From assembly GCF_009914755.1 (NCBI RefSeq), contig NC_060942.1: 64,000 bases of DNA. The stretch is one strand, 5' to 3'. The notes below the pieces were generated by a model that was given only the letters and a program-made list of their open reading frames with translations, made no database searches and was not told where the DNA came from. The translations under genes were made by a program, and so were the position numbers. Of the stretch, positions 1 through 13,150 are shown piece after piece. The first letter of the stretch is position 1; each line of letters starts with the position of its first letter. This stretch comes from the human T2T-CHM13v2.0 reference genome, Homo sapiens.

Positions 1-3000
1 TGCGCCCCATAGCTGCCCCAAGGAGGCCAATGATGCTGGCAGGCTCAAGCTGGGCTTTGCCAAACCAGAGGGAAGGACTTCCCAACCCTTCCCTGGGGCA
101 GGCCTGGGCAGCCGCCCACATTTACTCCGATTGATTCCAGCTGCACAGTGCCTGGCTGGCCTGGCCTTCTGCATTAGTAATGCTGTGTGAAGGGAAAGGA
201 ATACCAGCACACTTGCTCCCCTACCCATCCCCTTTACCTCCACATGGCCATCTTGCCAATTCTCTCACCATACTCACTTCCATTTCCTGCTTCTTTCCTT
301 CTCTCTCTTCTTTTCCCATTCCCCCCGAACACACTGTGCTACCCTTTCTCTTTCTCTGCATCTTTTCCGGCTCTGCATTTATATCCACCCAGACTTTCTC
401 CCTCTCCCAGGGGCTTGCTGTAGCACCCTGCTGTTTTCTCTTCCTACTGCTGGCTCACATCACCTCTAGTGTCACACCAGAGTTAAGCCATCCTCATTGC
501 TCCTTTTAAATAGAGAGAGAGAGAGATGTTGATTTTGCACAGCTGCAAGCAGGATTGAGCAAGATGGCTCTTTACAGCATGGTCTTTTGTGGCCAAAAAG
601 GGAGAGCGCATTTGTGTGTGTTTAGCAGCTTTGTCCGGGGCTCCATTGTCCAGCATTCAAGAGCAGATCCCTACTTTGCCAGAGAATCACAGACAAATAG
701 TCAATTTGCTTTAAAAGACCCTTGATTGAAACCTTTGGAGAACTCTACCTTTGGCCGTGGTTTCAGAAAGTGATTGCCTGTCATCTCAAGATGTTAGAGT
801 CAACAGCAGGTCTGCTCAGGACCACATGTTTATTTTCCACAGTGGCATGTGCTAGGTCACGTGGTGTCCATTTAATTTCCACGACTGACATTCCACAGGT
901 CTGAGATTTCATTCCTCTGGGATTATTTCAAATACTTGTGGTTTTAACTAGCAGGGGGAAAATATATATATATTTAAAAAGGAAAAGCATAAGCCACCAG
1001 CCCCTGCACCCCCTGCACCCCCTTCAATGGTGTCCTTGGCAGAGTTTTGTGGGCAGCTCCTCCGCCCTTTACCTCTCAGAAACCTCCAGGCAGAGGGATC
1101 CCAGAGAGCATAGAAAGGCCCGGATGTATGCTTTCTAGAGATCTTAAAAGACTAAGCCTTTTGAATTGACTTCAGCCTTTCATAATTGGGGCAGTCATTG
1201 TACTTTTGATTCCTGACACCTGCCTTTGTCTCGCCCACTGACAAGCTGGGTTATGGGACTCAGCGTTCTGGAGGTGCCGGAACAAATGTCCACCCCTATC
1301 CCCAGGGTACTTGATATTTCCTGGTGAAGAGACTGGTGGTACCTTTTATCTAACATTCCCTAGTTAGATCTCAGACGGTAGAGGAAAGAGGAGAAAACTC
1401 TTACTGAAGTATTTGGATTGTTGTTTCTCACTGGGAGTTAAAGGAACAGAAATAGATAAACTATGGCTGCTACAGAAGAATGAGGTGTCAGCAACAGGGC
1501 CAGCCCAAAGCTAAATTGTGGGGAAAAAAATAAGTTGACATCATCTTCATTTCAATCACCCCCTTCCATCTCTTTGAATTCCACTGAAACCTGGCACTTC
1601 TTTATGATAGTTCAACTGCCTGGAGAACTCCTGATAGGTGTGTTGTGCAGGGCCAAGAATGGCCTTCTGTGTCCTGCCTCTCCTTCTCTGTGATTCTTAC
1701 AACTCCAATGCCTCATTCCCTCTTAGCTAATCCTGTGCTAAGGAACAGTTAAACTCAATTCGGTGGAAGGCATCTTAATGGATCATACTTTTGTGTTGCT
1801 TCTCTGATGTGATAATTTCATTTTAACAAAGGGTTAGTTACCAATGATAGAACTATCATTAAGACAGATTCTGGAAGGTTCAAATCCAACAGGAAACTTG
1901 CTATCACCAATTGATGACCAAAATCAGAACCTAATGGTTTACAGTTTTTACTTCTCAAAACTATTTTTCTTGACTGTGTTGGGAAAGAAAGGGAAAAGGG
2001 GCAAATCTCAGGTATAACCTAAATTAGGATTTTGGAATATCAGCTCTGGAAAGACCTTGAAAGGTCAACCAAACATCATAAGTACCCTGTGATGTCCCTT
2101 AGGCTGGGGCTCATGGTCAAGGCCATGAAATGGCCGTATATTACCCCTTTACATGGACCAGTGTTGCTCTTGTCTGCAGATTGTATGCTCTAATGTGGAT
2201 AAATTGTATTTGTTTACATTTCTATAGACAATGCCAGACATTAAATTTTGTCACATCCTGCTACCCTTACCTTCTTTCCTGATGCCTCTACCATGTTCTT
2301 CTGAAGGACCCATGTGAAAGAGTGACAGTGTTTTCAAGATGGGCTTGTGTAGAAGTTGGTTTTAGTGACACATTTTCAAAGAGATGGAAGTGAACATTAA
2401 ACTGATCACTGCATTTGGATCCATTGACTCTATAAAGTGGCAATTTGACTTTGGAAATTAGTTGTTCCAGGGATGATGGACACTGAGGAGTTTTAGATAA
2501 ATTCACACGTAATAGACTAAGTTGTCTAGGAAGTTATTCCTAACTTTTGTATTTACCAGTGCATGAGACACATGTAATCCTAATGCATACCTTATGGCCC
2601 TTCTGCCATTATTGAGACTTTGTATGCTAATTCTTAAGTTCTTCCTCTCTTCTTTTAATAAAATGGCAGGTCAGCTATTGGCCAGCAAGAAGAAAAGTTA
2701 ATATTTCAATCAATTTTAATCAAATAATGAGCTAGTAATTAAAATATGCAAGTCATGAGTTTTTAGAAATTACAATATGGTTAATATTGTTTCCAATTGA
2801 TTTCTTTATTTCTATGTAGCTCTTGGCAATCTTAAAATATCAGTATATTGGAGATTTCCTCCATTTCTCCAACCTCATAGAGGAGGTTCCCCAAAGTGTG
2901 CCCTGCGGAGAAGGTATAAAATCACTGGTGTTAAGTAGGACCCAAGGGCCCCATAGTCAAGTATGTTTATATTACCTAGGTTGGCTAAAGTTCAATCTCT

Positions 3001-3169
3001 TTAAGGATTTCTCCCAAGTTTCAAAACGTATGTGCATTGTTTTTCATGTAAAAGGTGGCAATTATCACATATTTGAGCCACAGAACATCCTCTGGGAGAA
3101 ATATCAGGCACAACTAGTACGCACAAGGACTATTGCTCCCAAATGAAGCACTTTGGAAAACACTTGTAA

Positions 3170-3415
3170 TAATAACAACTACAGTAGTCACAACTGTCAT
3201 GAGCATTTACTGAGCACTTAGTATATGCCAAGCACTGTTCTTCATATTTGGCATATCCTAGACCCCCGTTTCATTCTCACCACCATCCTATGAGCGAGCT
3301 ACAGTTATAACCCCCAAGGCATAAAAGGCATAAATCACTTTTCCAAGGTCACCTGTTGTTACTTTTGGAGATGTGATTTGAACGAGGCTGACTGACACTA
3401 AAGCCTGGACTCTGC
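3170..3415 (-). mobile_element. MIR SINE
   Basis: Reverse-complement MIR hallmarks: atttactgagcacttagtatatgccaagcactgttc ... ttccaaggtcac ... gatttgaac. Confidence 0.75.
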
Positions 3416-3919
3416 ACGCTCACACTGGGCTCCCATCCCTCCTTTCTGTGATGGGAGGTTGACAATGGTAGGACATAGTGCCCAGGAGCCTACCATAACC
3501 CAGGAGCACAGATGCCCAGAAGTGCCCGAATCTCACAGACCACCCCTGTTGCAACAGTGAAAACATTACCAGTATCAGGAGTAGGAACATTTGATCAATA
3601 TTATTATTTCCTATCTGAAATATTTAAACCTCTGAAATCTTAGAACCATTGCAATATGCTACAGCCCAGAATTTAGCACCTGATTTGATCTGCTTTCTTA
3701 GGGTTCCAGCTGTGTAAGTCTGGATAAGCTAGGTACTTTTGTCTTCTCAACTGAACTTTAAGCTTCTTGTAGGCAAGGACCTTTCTTATTGCTTCTTCCT
3801 GACATAATAAGTGCAAATTATATTGATCAATTGATTTGGATGACCATTTTAATAATCATCCTTTTATTCTTTGTTATAGTATCTTATTTTCCAGTAACGT
3901 CATCCACGTGGTCCTTTGC

Positions 3920-4110
3920 AGTTTGTAAATGCTTTGACCAGTACTGAGATCATTGATCCCCATGACAGCTCAGTGAGGGAGATGGAAGTTGTCTCTCCCC
4001 TTTCCAAAGATGACTAGGGGTGTGACTTGATCAGGCTCCTAGAGGAGAATTTGAAGGTGGAAGAACTGGAACTCAATGTAGTTTCTTCAAATCCAGGCCT
4101 TGCACTTCTC
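3920..4110 (-). mobile_element. MIR-family SINE, degenerate
   Basis: gtaaatgcttt...cattgatccccatgacagctcagtgagg...gtgacttgatcagg resembles antisense MIR core. Confidence 0.5.
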
Positions 4111-5359
4111 TCAGCTGCCTTGATCTCTACATCACCTCAGAGAAGTGCAGCGTCTCATCCAGGAACTACCATTCTCATTGGAGTGTGTCCCTTCATATGC
4201 TGACACTGGCACACTCACACGTGGATTTCCCTGAGCTCTGGAGCTACACTGCCTTCTAACCCCTACAGTTGCTTTTCAAATAGAAGGCAGTGGTTTTGGC
4301 CTGTAAGACATCAGGCAGAAAAGAAAGGGAGGTTTGGAAAACTTCAGTGGTACACTCTTATCTCCTCTCTCCTGCTCAGAGGGTGGAGAAAGATCCCTAT
4401 CACTCTGGAATAATTTTTAGGGTTAGGACAGCAATAAAGTTCCTTGGAATCATGAATTATGTCCACTGTAGGGTCATAGAGGCAAAACAGGAAGAAATAA
4501 TATGTTGGAGAGAAATGACAACCCAGGGCAGGGGAAAGAAACAGCATTTGGATAATTCGCCACAGCACAATTGCTGCTGTCTGGAAAAATGAAAGGAGTT
4601 TGCAGTGTGCCCCAAATCTATGGGAATTCATTTCACATAAATGGCACCAAAAGAATGATCATAAAGATAGCTACAGACTCAGGATTCCAAGTTGGCTGCC
4701 TTATGTTTGGCCAGAAATAATTTAGAAGTATGTAAGTGAGAGAAATACAAAGAGAAGGAAAGGTGAAGAGTAAAGATAAGAGTGATTCATAAATTGAATG
4801 AAGATTTTTTTTCCTATGGAATAATGCATTCAGTAAGGAAACAAGTATGTCTTCAAGGGCACTGAAGGAGCACTGCACTTTAGATATTGAAAATGGAACC
4901 AAGAAGAATGTGGCCAAAATGCTTAACGAGAAGGGTAATATTTTATTTCTTTAGTAATTGCCAAGCACTGAAGCCCAAGTTTACTCTGAAGGTATATTCT
5001 TGGAAGAAAAGAATATAAAGGAGTAATCTGGGGAAGTAGATGGCAGGATTTGTTTTGTCCCTCAGACAAGAGAAAAAATAACGGTAGAGCACAAAGCTTG
5101 AGCATTGGGCTCAGTATTTCTGAATTTGTCTTCTCAGATATGGTGCTAATGGAATGATTTTTTTGGTAGAGGGGGAATGGGAGGGAGGGATGTCAAAAAG
5201 CTAACTACTCCCTTAGCAAACTCTGACAGAGTTCAGGGAAGACCAGTTCTAGCACTAGAGAATTTTCTATTTTCCAAGTTTGTTAAAATATACACAGATG
5301 ACAAGTTAGCCTGAAGCAAAATCACGAAATAGGAGAACATTGGCTTTAGGACCTTATGA

Positions 5360-5520
5360 ATCAATCCATCATTAGATATTTATTGAGCAGCTCCTCTGTG
5401 CAATGGATCATACTAGGGAAGGCATAAACACAAGGCACATGTGTCCTTGCCCTTGAACAACCTACAGTTTAGTTAGGAAGTCACAAGTTGCTATACCCAG
5501 AAGAATTAAATAGTATTCTG
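5360..5520 (-). mobile_element. L2 3' end fragment
   Basis: atatttattgagcagctcctctgtgc...gtccttgcccttgaacaacctacagtttag, typical antisense L2 tail. Confidence 0.6.
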
Positions 5521-5629
5521 AGTCACATCATGAAGTAACAGGAAGAAAGATCTTACAGAGATCTTTAAATTTGAAGAGCAAACACTATGTAGCATTTACC
5601 ATGTTGCAAGTCAACTTTTAAAAACTTCA

Positions 5630-6191
5630 CACTCAGTAACCCTACTACTGGGTACATACCCAAAGGAAAATAAATGGTTCTGTCAAAAGACATATGCACT
5701 CATATGTTCATTGCAGCACTATTCACAATAGAAAAGACATGGAATCAACCTAGGTGCTCATCAAGAGTGGACTGGATAAAGAAAATAAGGTACATATATA
5801 CAATGGCATACTACTCAGCCATAAAAAATAATGAAATCATGTCCTTTGCAGCAACATGGATGCAGCTGGAGGGCATTATCCTTGAATTAACAATGCAGAA
5901 ACAGCCAAATGCCATGTATTTTTACTGGCATTTGTTGTAGAATCAACAATGTACTGGCATTTACTGGGAGCTAAACATTGAATACACATGGTCATAATGA
6001 TGGTAACAACAGATACTGGGGACTACTAGAGAGGGGAGGAAGGGAGTGGGGAAAGGGCTAAAAAACTATGCATTGGGTATGATGATCACCACCAGGGTAA
6101 CAGGACCATCCGTACCCCAAACCTCAGCATCGTGCAATATACCCATGTAACAAACCTGCACGTGTACCCTCTGAATCCAAAATAAATTTTA
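5630..6191 (+). mobile_element. 5'-truncated L1PA15/16-like element (ORF2 end + 3' UTR); its A-rich tail resumes at 7354-7394
   Basis: ORF 5674-5940 resembles the L1 ORF2 C-terminus ([19 protein letters not shown]). 3' UTR ends caatatacccatgtaacaaacctgcacgtgtaccctctgaatccaaaataaa. Flanking direct repeat taaaaacttca at 5619-5629 and 7395-7405. Confidence 0.9.
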
Positions 6192-7353
6192 TTTTCTATT
6201 CTCTTAATTTCTTTTTTTTTTTAATTTAAGTTTTAGGGTACATGTGCACAATGTTCAGGTTAGTTACATACGTATACGTGTGCCATGTTGGTGTGCTGCA
6301 CCCATTAACTCGTCATTTAACATTAGGTATATCTCCTAATGATATTCCTCCCCCCTGCCCCCACCCCACAACAGGCCCCGGTGTGTGATGTTCGCCTTCC
6401 TGTGTCCATGTGTTCTCATTGTTCAATTCCCATCTATGAGTGAGAACATGCGGGGTTTGGTTTTTTGTCCTTGCGATAGTTTGCTGAGAATGATGGTTTC
6501 CAGCTTCATCCATGTCCCTACAAAGGACATGAACTCATTATTTTTTATGGCTGCATAGTATTCTATGGTGTATATGTGCCACATTTTCTTTTTTTGTTCT
6601 TTTAATTTTATTATTATACTTTAAGTTTTAGGGTACATATGCACAATGTGCAGGTTAGTTACATATGTATATATGTGCCATGCTCGTGTGCTGCACCCAT
6701 TAACTCGTCATTTAGCATTAGGTATATCTCCTAATGCTATCCCTCCCCTCTCCCCCAACCCCACAACAGTCCCCAGAGTGTGATGTTCCCCTTCCTGTGT
6801 CCATGTGTTCTCATTGTTCAATTCCCACCTATAAGTGAGAACATGCGGTGTTTGGTTTTTTGTCCTTGTGGTAGTTTACTGAGAATGATAATTTCCAATT
6901 TCATCCATGTCCCTACAAAGGACATGAACTCATCATTTTTATGGCTGCATAGTATTCCATTGTGTATATGTGACACATTTTCTTAATCCAGTCTATCATT
7001 GTTGGACATTTGGGTTGGTTCCAAGTCTTTGCTATTGTGAATAGTGCCGCAATAAACGTACATGTGCATGTGTCTTTATAGCAGCATGATTTATAATCCT
7101 TTGGGTATATACCCAGTAATGGGATGGCTGGGTCAAATGGTATTTCTAGTTCTAGATCCCTGAGGAATCGCCCCACTGACTTCCACAATGGTTGAACTAG
7201 TTTACAGTCCCACCAACAGTGTAAAAGCATTCCTATTTCTCCACATCCTCTCCAGCACCTGTTGTTTCCTGACTTTTTAATGATTGCCATTCTAACTGAT
7301 GTGAGATGGTATCTCATTGTGGTTTTGATTTGCATTTCTCTGATGGCCAGTGA
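6192..7353 (-). mobile_element. Young 5'-truncated L1PA (PA2-PA4-like) with two tandem 3' ends
   Basis: Poly-T + ttttagggtacat.tgcacaatg occurs twice (about 6200 and 6591). ORF 6913-7362 is the L1 ORF2 C-terminus. Target-site duplication tgaatccaaaataaatttta at 6172-6191 and 7354-7373. Confidence 0.95.
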
Positions 7354-7405
7354 TGAATCCAAAATAAATTTTAAAAATTAATAAAAACAAAACATAAAAA
7401 CTTCA

Positions 7406-7560
7406 TAAATTGCCTCCTTTTATATTTAAGACAGCCTTATGAGGTCAATTCTACCCTCATTTTATAGATTAGGAAATTATGACACAGCTGGTCAGCAGTG
7501 GAATAGGATGGGAACCAGCAACATAAACCTAGAGCCTGGGCCCTCCACCACTGTACATGC
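7406..7560 (-). mobile_element. MIR, remainder of element interrupted by the L1s (other part about 5585-5629)
   Basis: acagccttatgagg...cctcattttatagattaggaaatt...acacagctggt MIR core. Confidence 0.65.
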
Positions 7561-8054
7561 TGCCCCTTGGGAAACACTGTGATGTCCAGCAAAAGGGGAG
7601 TTAGCCAGGCAATCACACCGCAGGGATTCTGAGGAAGGGGATGCTGCAGTCATCATTCTGGTCCGGACTCTCATTGTGTGCTTTGAGCCTAACCATAGCC
7701 CTGCCAGGGTGAGAGGGTAGGCCCCTATTAATTAATGCCCACACCTACAATAGAAAGGATTGACCAACTTTTTCAAGGTCATACCACTCTAAACAACAAT
7801 CTGGTGAAGCTAGAACCCGATAAAAATAAGATCCCCTTCCTGGTAATCAGAGCCTCCCACCCTGGATGGGGGAGCCACTTTGTAGTCCAGGCACAAGGCC
7901 CGGTCCTGAGTACCCGCTGTCTTACTGTCATTCCTTCATTCGACAACATTAATTGAGCACACTGCTACAGACTGAACATCAAGGAGAGGATGGAACAAAG
8001 GCAACTCCAGCATGAGCCAGAAACAGTGACAGACCCCTGAGACCTTGATCATGG

Positions 8055-9660
8055 CTTTAAACTTTGTATTTTGAAAGAATTTTGGACTTACAGAAAAGCT
8101 GGAAAAGTAGTACAGAAAATTCCCATGCACACTTCCTCCAGCTTTGACTGCTAACATCTTGCACACACATAACACAAATATCAAAACTGAGAGATTAATG
8201 TTGGTACAATATTATTCACAAATTCAAGATTTTATTTGAATTTCATCAGTTTTTCCAGTGTTTGTTTTCTGTTTCAGAATCTAATCCAGGGACCTACGTC
8301 ACATTGAGATCTCATTGGTCCTAAATCTCCTCCAATCTGTGTCAAGTCCTCAGTGTTTCCTCGTCTTTCATGACCTTGATACTTTTGAAGAGTCTTGGTC
8401 ATTAATTTTGTAGAATATTCCTCAATGTGAGGGCGTCTGATGTTTTCTCGTGATTGGATTGTGGTTATGCATTTTTACTAAGAAATTTACCAAGGAAGTG
8501 ATGTGTTCTTCTCAGCGTATAAGATCAGGGGTTAGTGATATTGATAGAGCCATTTACTGGTGATATTAACCTTTATCACTTGGTTAAATTGGTGTTTGCT
8601 GAGTTGCTCCACTGCAAAGTTCCTTTTCTTCTCCCTTTGAAATTTATAGATATCTTAGAGGAGATACTTTGAGATTATACAAATATCCTGTTTCTGTTCA
8701 AACTTTCATCTACAAATTTTAGCACACATTGGTGGATCTTGCCTGTACCAATTCTAATGTAGAGTTTTAATGATGATTCCTTATTTCCCTCATTTTTCTA
8801 CATTTACTAAGCAAAATTCTTCTGGAAGGAAGAGCTGTTGTTTCTCCTATGTTTTTTAAGTGTTTATGTATATCGGTTTAGACTCATGGATATTTATTGT
8901 ATTCTGCTGTTACAGATCAGGTCATTGAGAGCTCCTTCAGGTTGGTTTTTCTGCCCTTTTGATCTGCCCACATTCCGTTTAAAGCACTTTCTTGCTTTTA
9001 GCCACTGCAATATGTTCCAGGATCATTTTGTATTTTCCTTACTACAGCTGTGGAATCAACCAGGTCTCCAAGGACACCAATGAACGAGGTCTCCTTTTAT
9101 TGGAGAATGGCATTTAGAAACCAAGATCTGGGCATTAGGTATACCCATTGCTACTATTATGACATTACTCCTAAGTCCCCTCAGCAGACAGAGCTTAAAA
9201 TATATACTAATGGCTATTAACACAAGCATGTGCACTATCTTTTCTATCTATCCATCTATCTCTATCTATTAGAATCAAAGGTGTCATTATGAAGAGTATG
9301 AATCAAATGTGTCAGATCCATCTATCTTCTGTCTAACTATCAGATATCAGTTCATACTGACTCCTCTGATTCTAACCCAATACCACAGAGTTCATTTGAG
9401 CCTTCCTATTTTCCTTTTTTGTTTTTATTGCTCATTATTTATTTATTTATTCATTCATTTACCAACAGTGAAAAGGAACAGTTTTTACCAACAGGACTTT
9501 AGCTTTTTCCAACCTGACTCTCATTTTCTACAATATATTGCTCCCTCAAAACTATAAGGCACATAAAGTATTTTCAGAATTATTAACCCATACTCTTTTG
9601 AGAAATAAATTTACTAACTATATCACAGTATTTTTACGTAGTTCGTTTTATCTTGAGCCT
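8055..9660 (-). mobile_element. L1MC4/L1MC5-like 3' region
   Basis: ttttgaaagaattttggacttacagaaaagctggaaaagtagtacagaaaattccc ... tcatgaccttgatacttttgaagagt ... tcacttggttaaattggtg are characteristic L1MC 3' UTR motifs. Confidence 0.75.
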
Positions 9661-9663
9661 TAG

Positions 9664-10031
9664 TGTATTAGTCCGTTTTTTTTGCTGCTGATAAAGACAT
9701 ATCTGAGACTGGGTAATTTATAAAAAGAGGTTTAATGGACTCACAGTTCCACATGGCTGGAGTGGCCTCACAATCACAGTGAAAGGCAAAGGAGGAGCAA
9801 AATCATGTCTTTCGTGGGGACAGGCCTGGGAGAATGAGAGACAACCGGAAGGGGAAGCCCCTTATAAAATCAACAGATCTCGTGAGACTTATTCACTACA
9901 CGAGAAAAATATGGAGGAAACGGCCTCCATGATTCAATTATCTCCCACGGGGTCCGTCCCATAACACATGAGAGTTATGGGGGCCACAATTCAAGATGAG
10001 ATTTGGATGAGTACACAGCCAAACCATTTCA
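9664..10031 (-). mobile_element. THE1 (THE1B/C-like) solo LTR, ERVL-MaLR
   Basis: tgtattagtccgtttt..gctgctgataaagacata ... caattcaagatgagatttgg..acacagccaaaccat; TG...CA ends; 5-bp TSD cttag at 9659-9663 and 10032-10036. Confidence 0.92.
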
Positions 10032-10109
10032 CTTAGTATATGATTTTTGAGTTTTGAAAAACAGAAACTTACCTTGAGCTTTCAGCTGTACTGTTCTCTG
10101 TGCTGGCCA

Positions 10110-10660
10110 TATCTCTCCTGGAGGGTTATGTTCTAGAAATTTCACTTTAAGAGGGACACCAGCAAAGTAGAGAATATCCAGAAAAGGATGGTTAAGATGG
10201 TGAGAAGTTCAGGAGCAAGACATTCATTAACCCAGTGAGTGGGCCATGTCTTTGTATGCACCTATACATTCACTCAGTTATCACTGGTCCACTCACCCAT
10301 TAAAAATCATTTATTTGGGGTATATAAAACAACATATCCTATTAGCAACAAAATAGTGGGATTGTTGAGGTTGGATCAGAAGTCAGAGTAAGGCTATGAC
10401 AATTTTCTTCAAGCTTATGAAGAGCTCTTATGTAGAATAGGAATTAGACTTTTTCCTAACTAGCTCCAAAGAGCCAAACCAAGACCAACGGGCAGAATTT
10501 AGAGTGAAGCAAATTTCGGTAAGAAAGAATAATTCTTAGAATGGCCCAACAATTAAATGGGCCATCTTGTAGAGTTATGATCCTCATTACTGGAAATCTC
10601 TGTCAGAGGCTAGGAAGTTGGAAACAAGGTCCTCTAAGGTCCTTTTGAAATATGATTTTA
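10110..10660 (+). mobile_element. CR1/L3 LINE 3' fragments
   Basis: cactttaagagggacaccagcaaagtagagaatatccagaaaaggatgg and gaattagactttttc...ggtcctctaaggtcctttt, L3-type ORF end and tail. Confidence 0.55.
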
Positions 10661-11009
10661 TCTGGTTCTATAACACATCCCTTCATAACCAGATATTCAT
10701 TTGCTTTGTGTCTGCCCACCCTTTCATTTTATTTGGACTCTTGTAAAAGGCACTTGGCTTGAGAGAGCACCATCAGAGACTGCAAAACCTGCACATGAAT
10801 AACAGATTCTGTCATATTAAGAGGGAGAGAAAATTATAACCTGGACATTTAAAAACGGATGATTTGGCCATCATTTAGTATTCACTGGCTGAGTAAAAGG
10901 TGCTTCAGGAATAAGCCTGAGGAGAGGGCAAGCCCATCATTTGGGAAAGAAGTGGAGACAAAGGTAATTTATAAGCAGAGAGTGAGTTGCCCTGTTGTTA
11001 CTGTTTTTA

Positions 11010-11370
11010 GAATTTATTTCAGGTCAACAAATATTTGTTAAGCACCTAATGTGTGCTGGGTATCATTTTACGTGCTAGGGAGAGAACAGTTACCAAAATA
11101 AACAAAAATCCTTGCCATCATGGAGTGTACCTTCCACTAGGCAGAGACAAACAGTAGTTAATTAAAGTATATCGTAGGTTAAAGTTGATGCATAAAATTG
11201 ATTAACAACAAAAACAACAACAAAAAACAGGTAAGGAGAATCAGGCTCACCAGGGTAGGAAGTTGTGGTGTAAAATGAAGTGGAGTTCAGGGTGAATCTC
11301 CTGAAGGTGATCTTGACTTGAGACCTACAGGAAGGATGGAGGTCATTGATGCCTGCTGTGCATCCTGAGG
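11010..11370 (-). mobile_element. L2 3' region
   Basis: tcaacaaatatttgttaagcacctaatgtgtgctgggtatc...aaaaatccttgccatcatggag. Confidence 0.75.
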
Positions 11371-12939
11371 AGTGTGCTAGAACTGCACTTCCTGGTTCCC
11401 TACTGCTTCAGTAAGGCCACGCCATCAGTCCCGACTAATGAGCTAAGAGAGGAAGTGGGTATATTCCACCTGTGCTGGTGCATCTAATGACACTGAATTT
11501 GGGGAGTTTGGAATTTCAATTCTGACGGGTTCCTCTCCCACTCACATTGCACTAAAGCCTGAGAAGGGCAGGAGGTCTTGGCCATGTCATGCTAACTGTA
11601 GGGCTCTTTCAAGCCATTGGTTTTATTCACAAATCTGGGATCTTTTCATTTACATTCTCCAAACTTCCATCGAGACAGAGTTAACTACACTTTACTGAGT
11701 GCATGGCCTCTTCATAATTATTAGCCAAGGCTTTATTTTCATGGAAAATTCAACCTAAACTCCCTTAAAAAAAATCAAGTTGTTGATACTTTCTTTATAG
11801 CCTTTTATGGCCATAATGCTGTGAAAATCTCACTACAAACTGGTGATTATCAGTTGGTATGTGGCAGTTCTCTGGGTGCCAATCACCCTTTGCAGACACA
11901 TTGCCAAATCATATATACAACTGTGTGTACAATAACTTCATTACAACTGAGGACCCATAATTGTATAGCTATGGCTGTCTGGCCGAATGCTGAGCTGGGT
12001 GATATGAGTACTTCTTGCTATAGGTCAGGGGTAAGGAATATAGTGTGTGATCAAACAACTACCAGCCTAACATCCTGTATTTTTAATAACATGTGAGAAC
12101 ACTGCCTTTTGAGTTAATAACAGAATGGAGTCAGGGCAGTGACACGTCTCCTCAAACATGACATAGATCTGAAGGGAAACCAGGCAAACCATGTGTACAT
12201 TAATGTGGAAGCTTTTATGGGCACTGGGAGGTTCTCCAATCATACTAGTAATGCATTCTCCTCATGGACAGCTTGTTTAGGAACATTTAGTGTTCAGGGT
12301 TCTGCCAAAAATTCCAATTATTCAATTCAAAAAATTCTGACAACACATCCGGACACAGGCCTGTCCTGTAGAGTCACGTTTTCAAACATGAGGTAGGTGG
12401 GTATGTCACAGCAGTCTACTGAGATCTGATCCTCCTCATGCAGCTGATAGGAGATGGAGCTGAGAGCCTGACTTTGCTCCCCAAGTTCAGACCTCTTAGT
12501 CTCCATGCTCTGCGGCCTCATTTGATAACTCCACAACATTTTCTGAGCTCCCACCCTTCTGGTTATCCTTACCACACTCTTTCTGGCCCCAGCATCATGA
12601 TGATACCACACTCTATTCCACTGTGCTGTCAACCCTTTTAGACTCATGGCATCCATTGTTGGGGAAACTGGATATTTTTAGGAGTGTGAGCTAGCCTACA
12701 CATCAATAGGCAATCATTTTCAAACATTTGATCATTATGAATAATGCAATCATTAATGAATGTCTACTATGTGCCAGTGCCAGGCACTAAGATATCAAGA
12801 ACTACAAATGTTCAGATGTCAAAGAACATCAGACCTGTTGTTTCTGGAGTTCTCTGGATCCTGTGAATCACACCCTTACTTGCCATTTATGTAATGTGGA
12901 GGACATTCCTGGAAAGAAATATGACCATTATTGTTATGG

Positions 12940-13150
12940 GAAATATAAAGGCAAGAAACCAAACATCCTGACACTGAGGACACTTAGATTGCAAAGGTGT
13001 TTCCCAATGACTGTGATGGAAACTGGATCCTTAGCAGCATTCAAGACTAGACTAAACAGAATTATAAAGAGATAAATTGTAGAGAACAGTTTGGCGTGGA
13101 CTAAAGGATGTGCCTGTTTTGTGTTCTTTCATCTCAAATCCATGACTGTA
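12940..13150 (+). mobile_element. CR1/L3-like 3' end
   Basis: gcattcaagactagactaaacag...gtggactaaagg...ttctttcatctcaaatccatgactgt resembles a CR1 tail. Confidence 0.4.
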
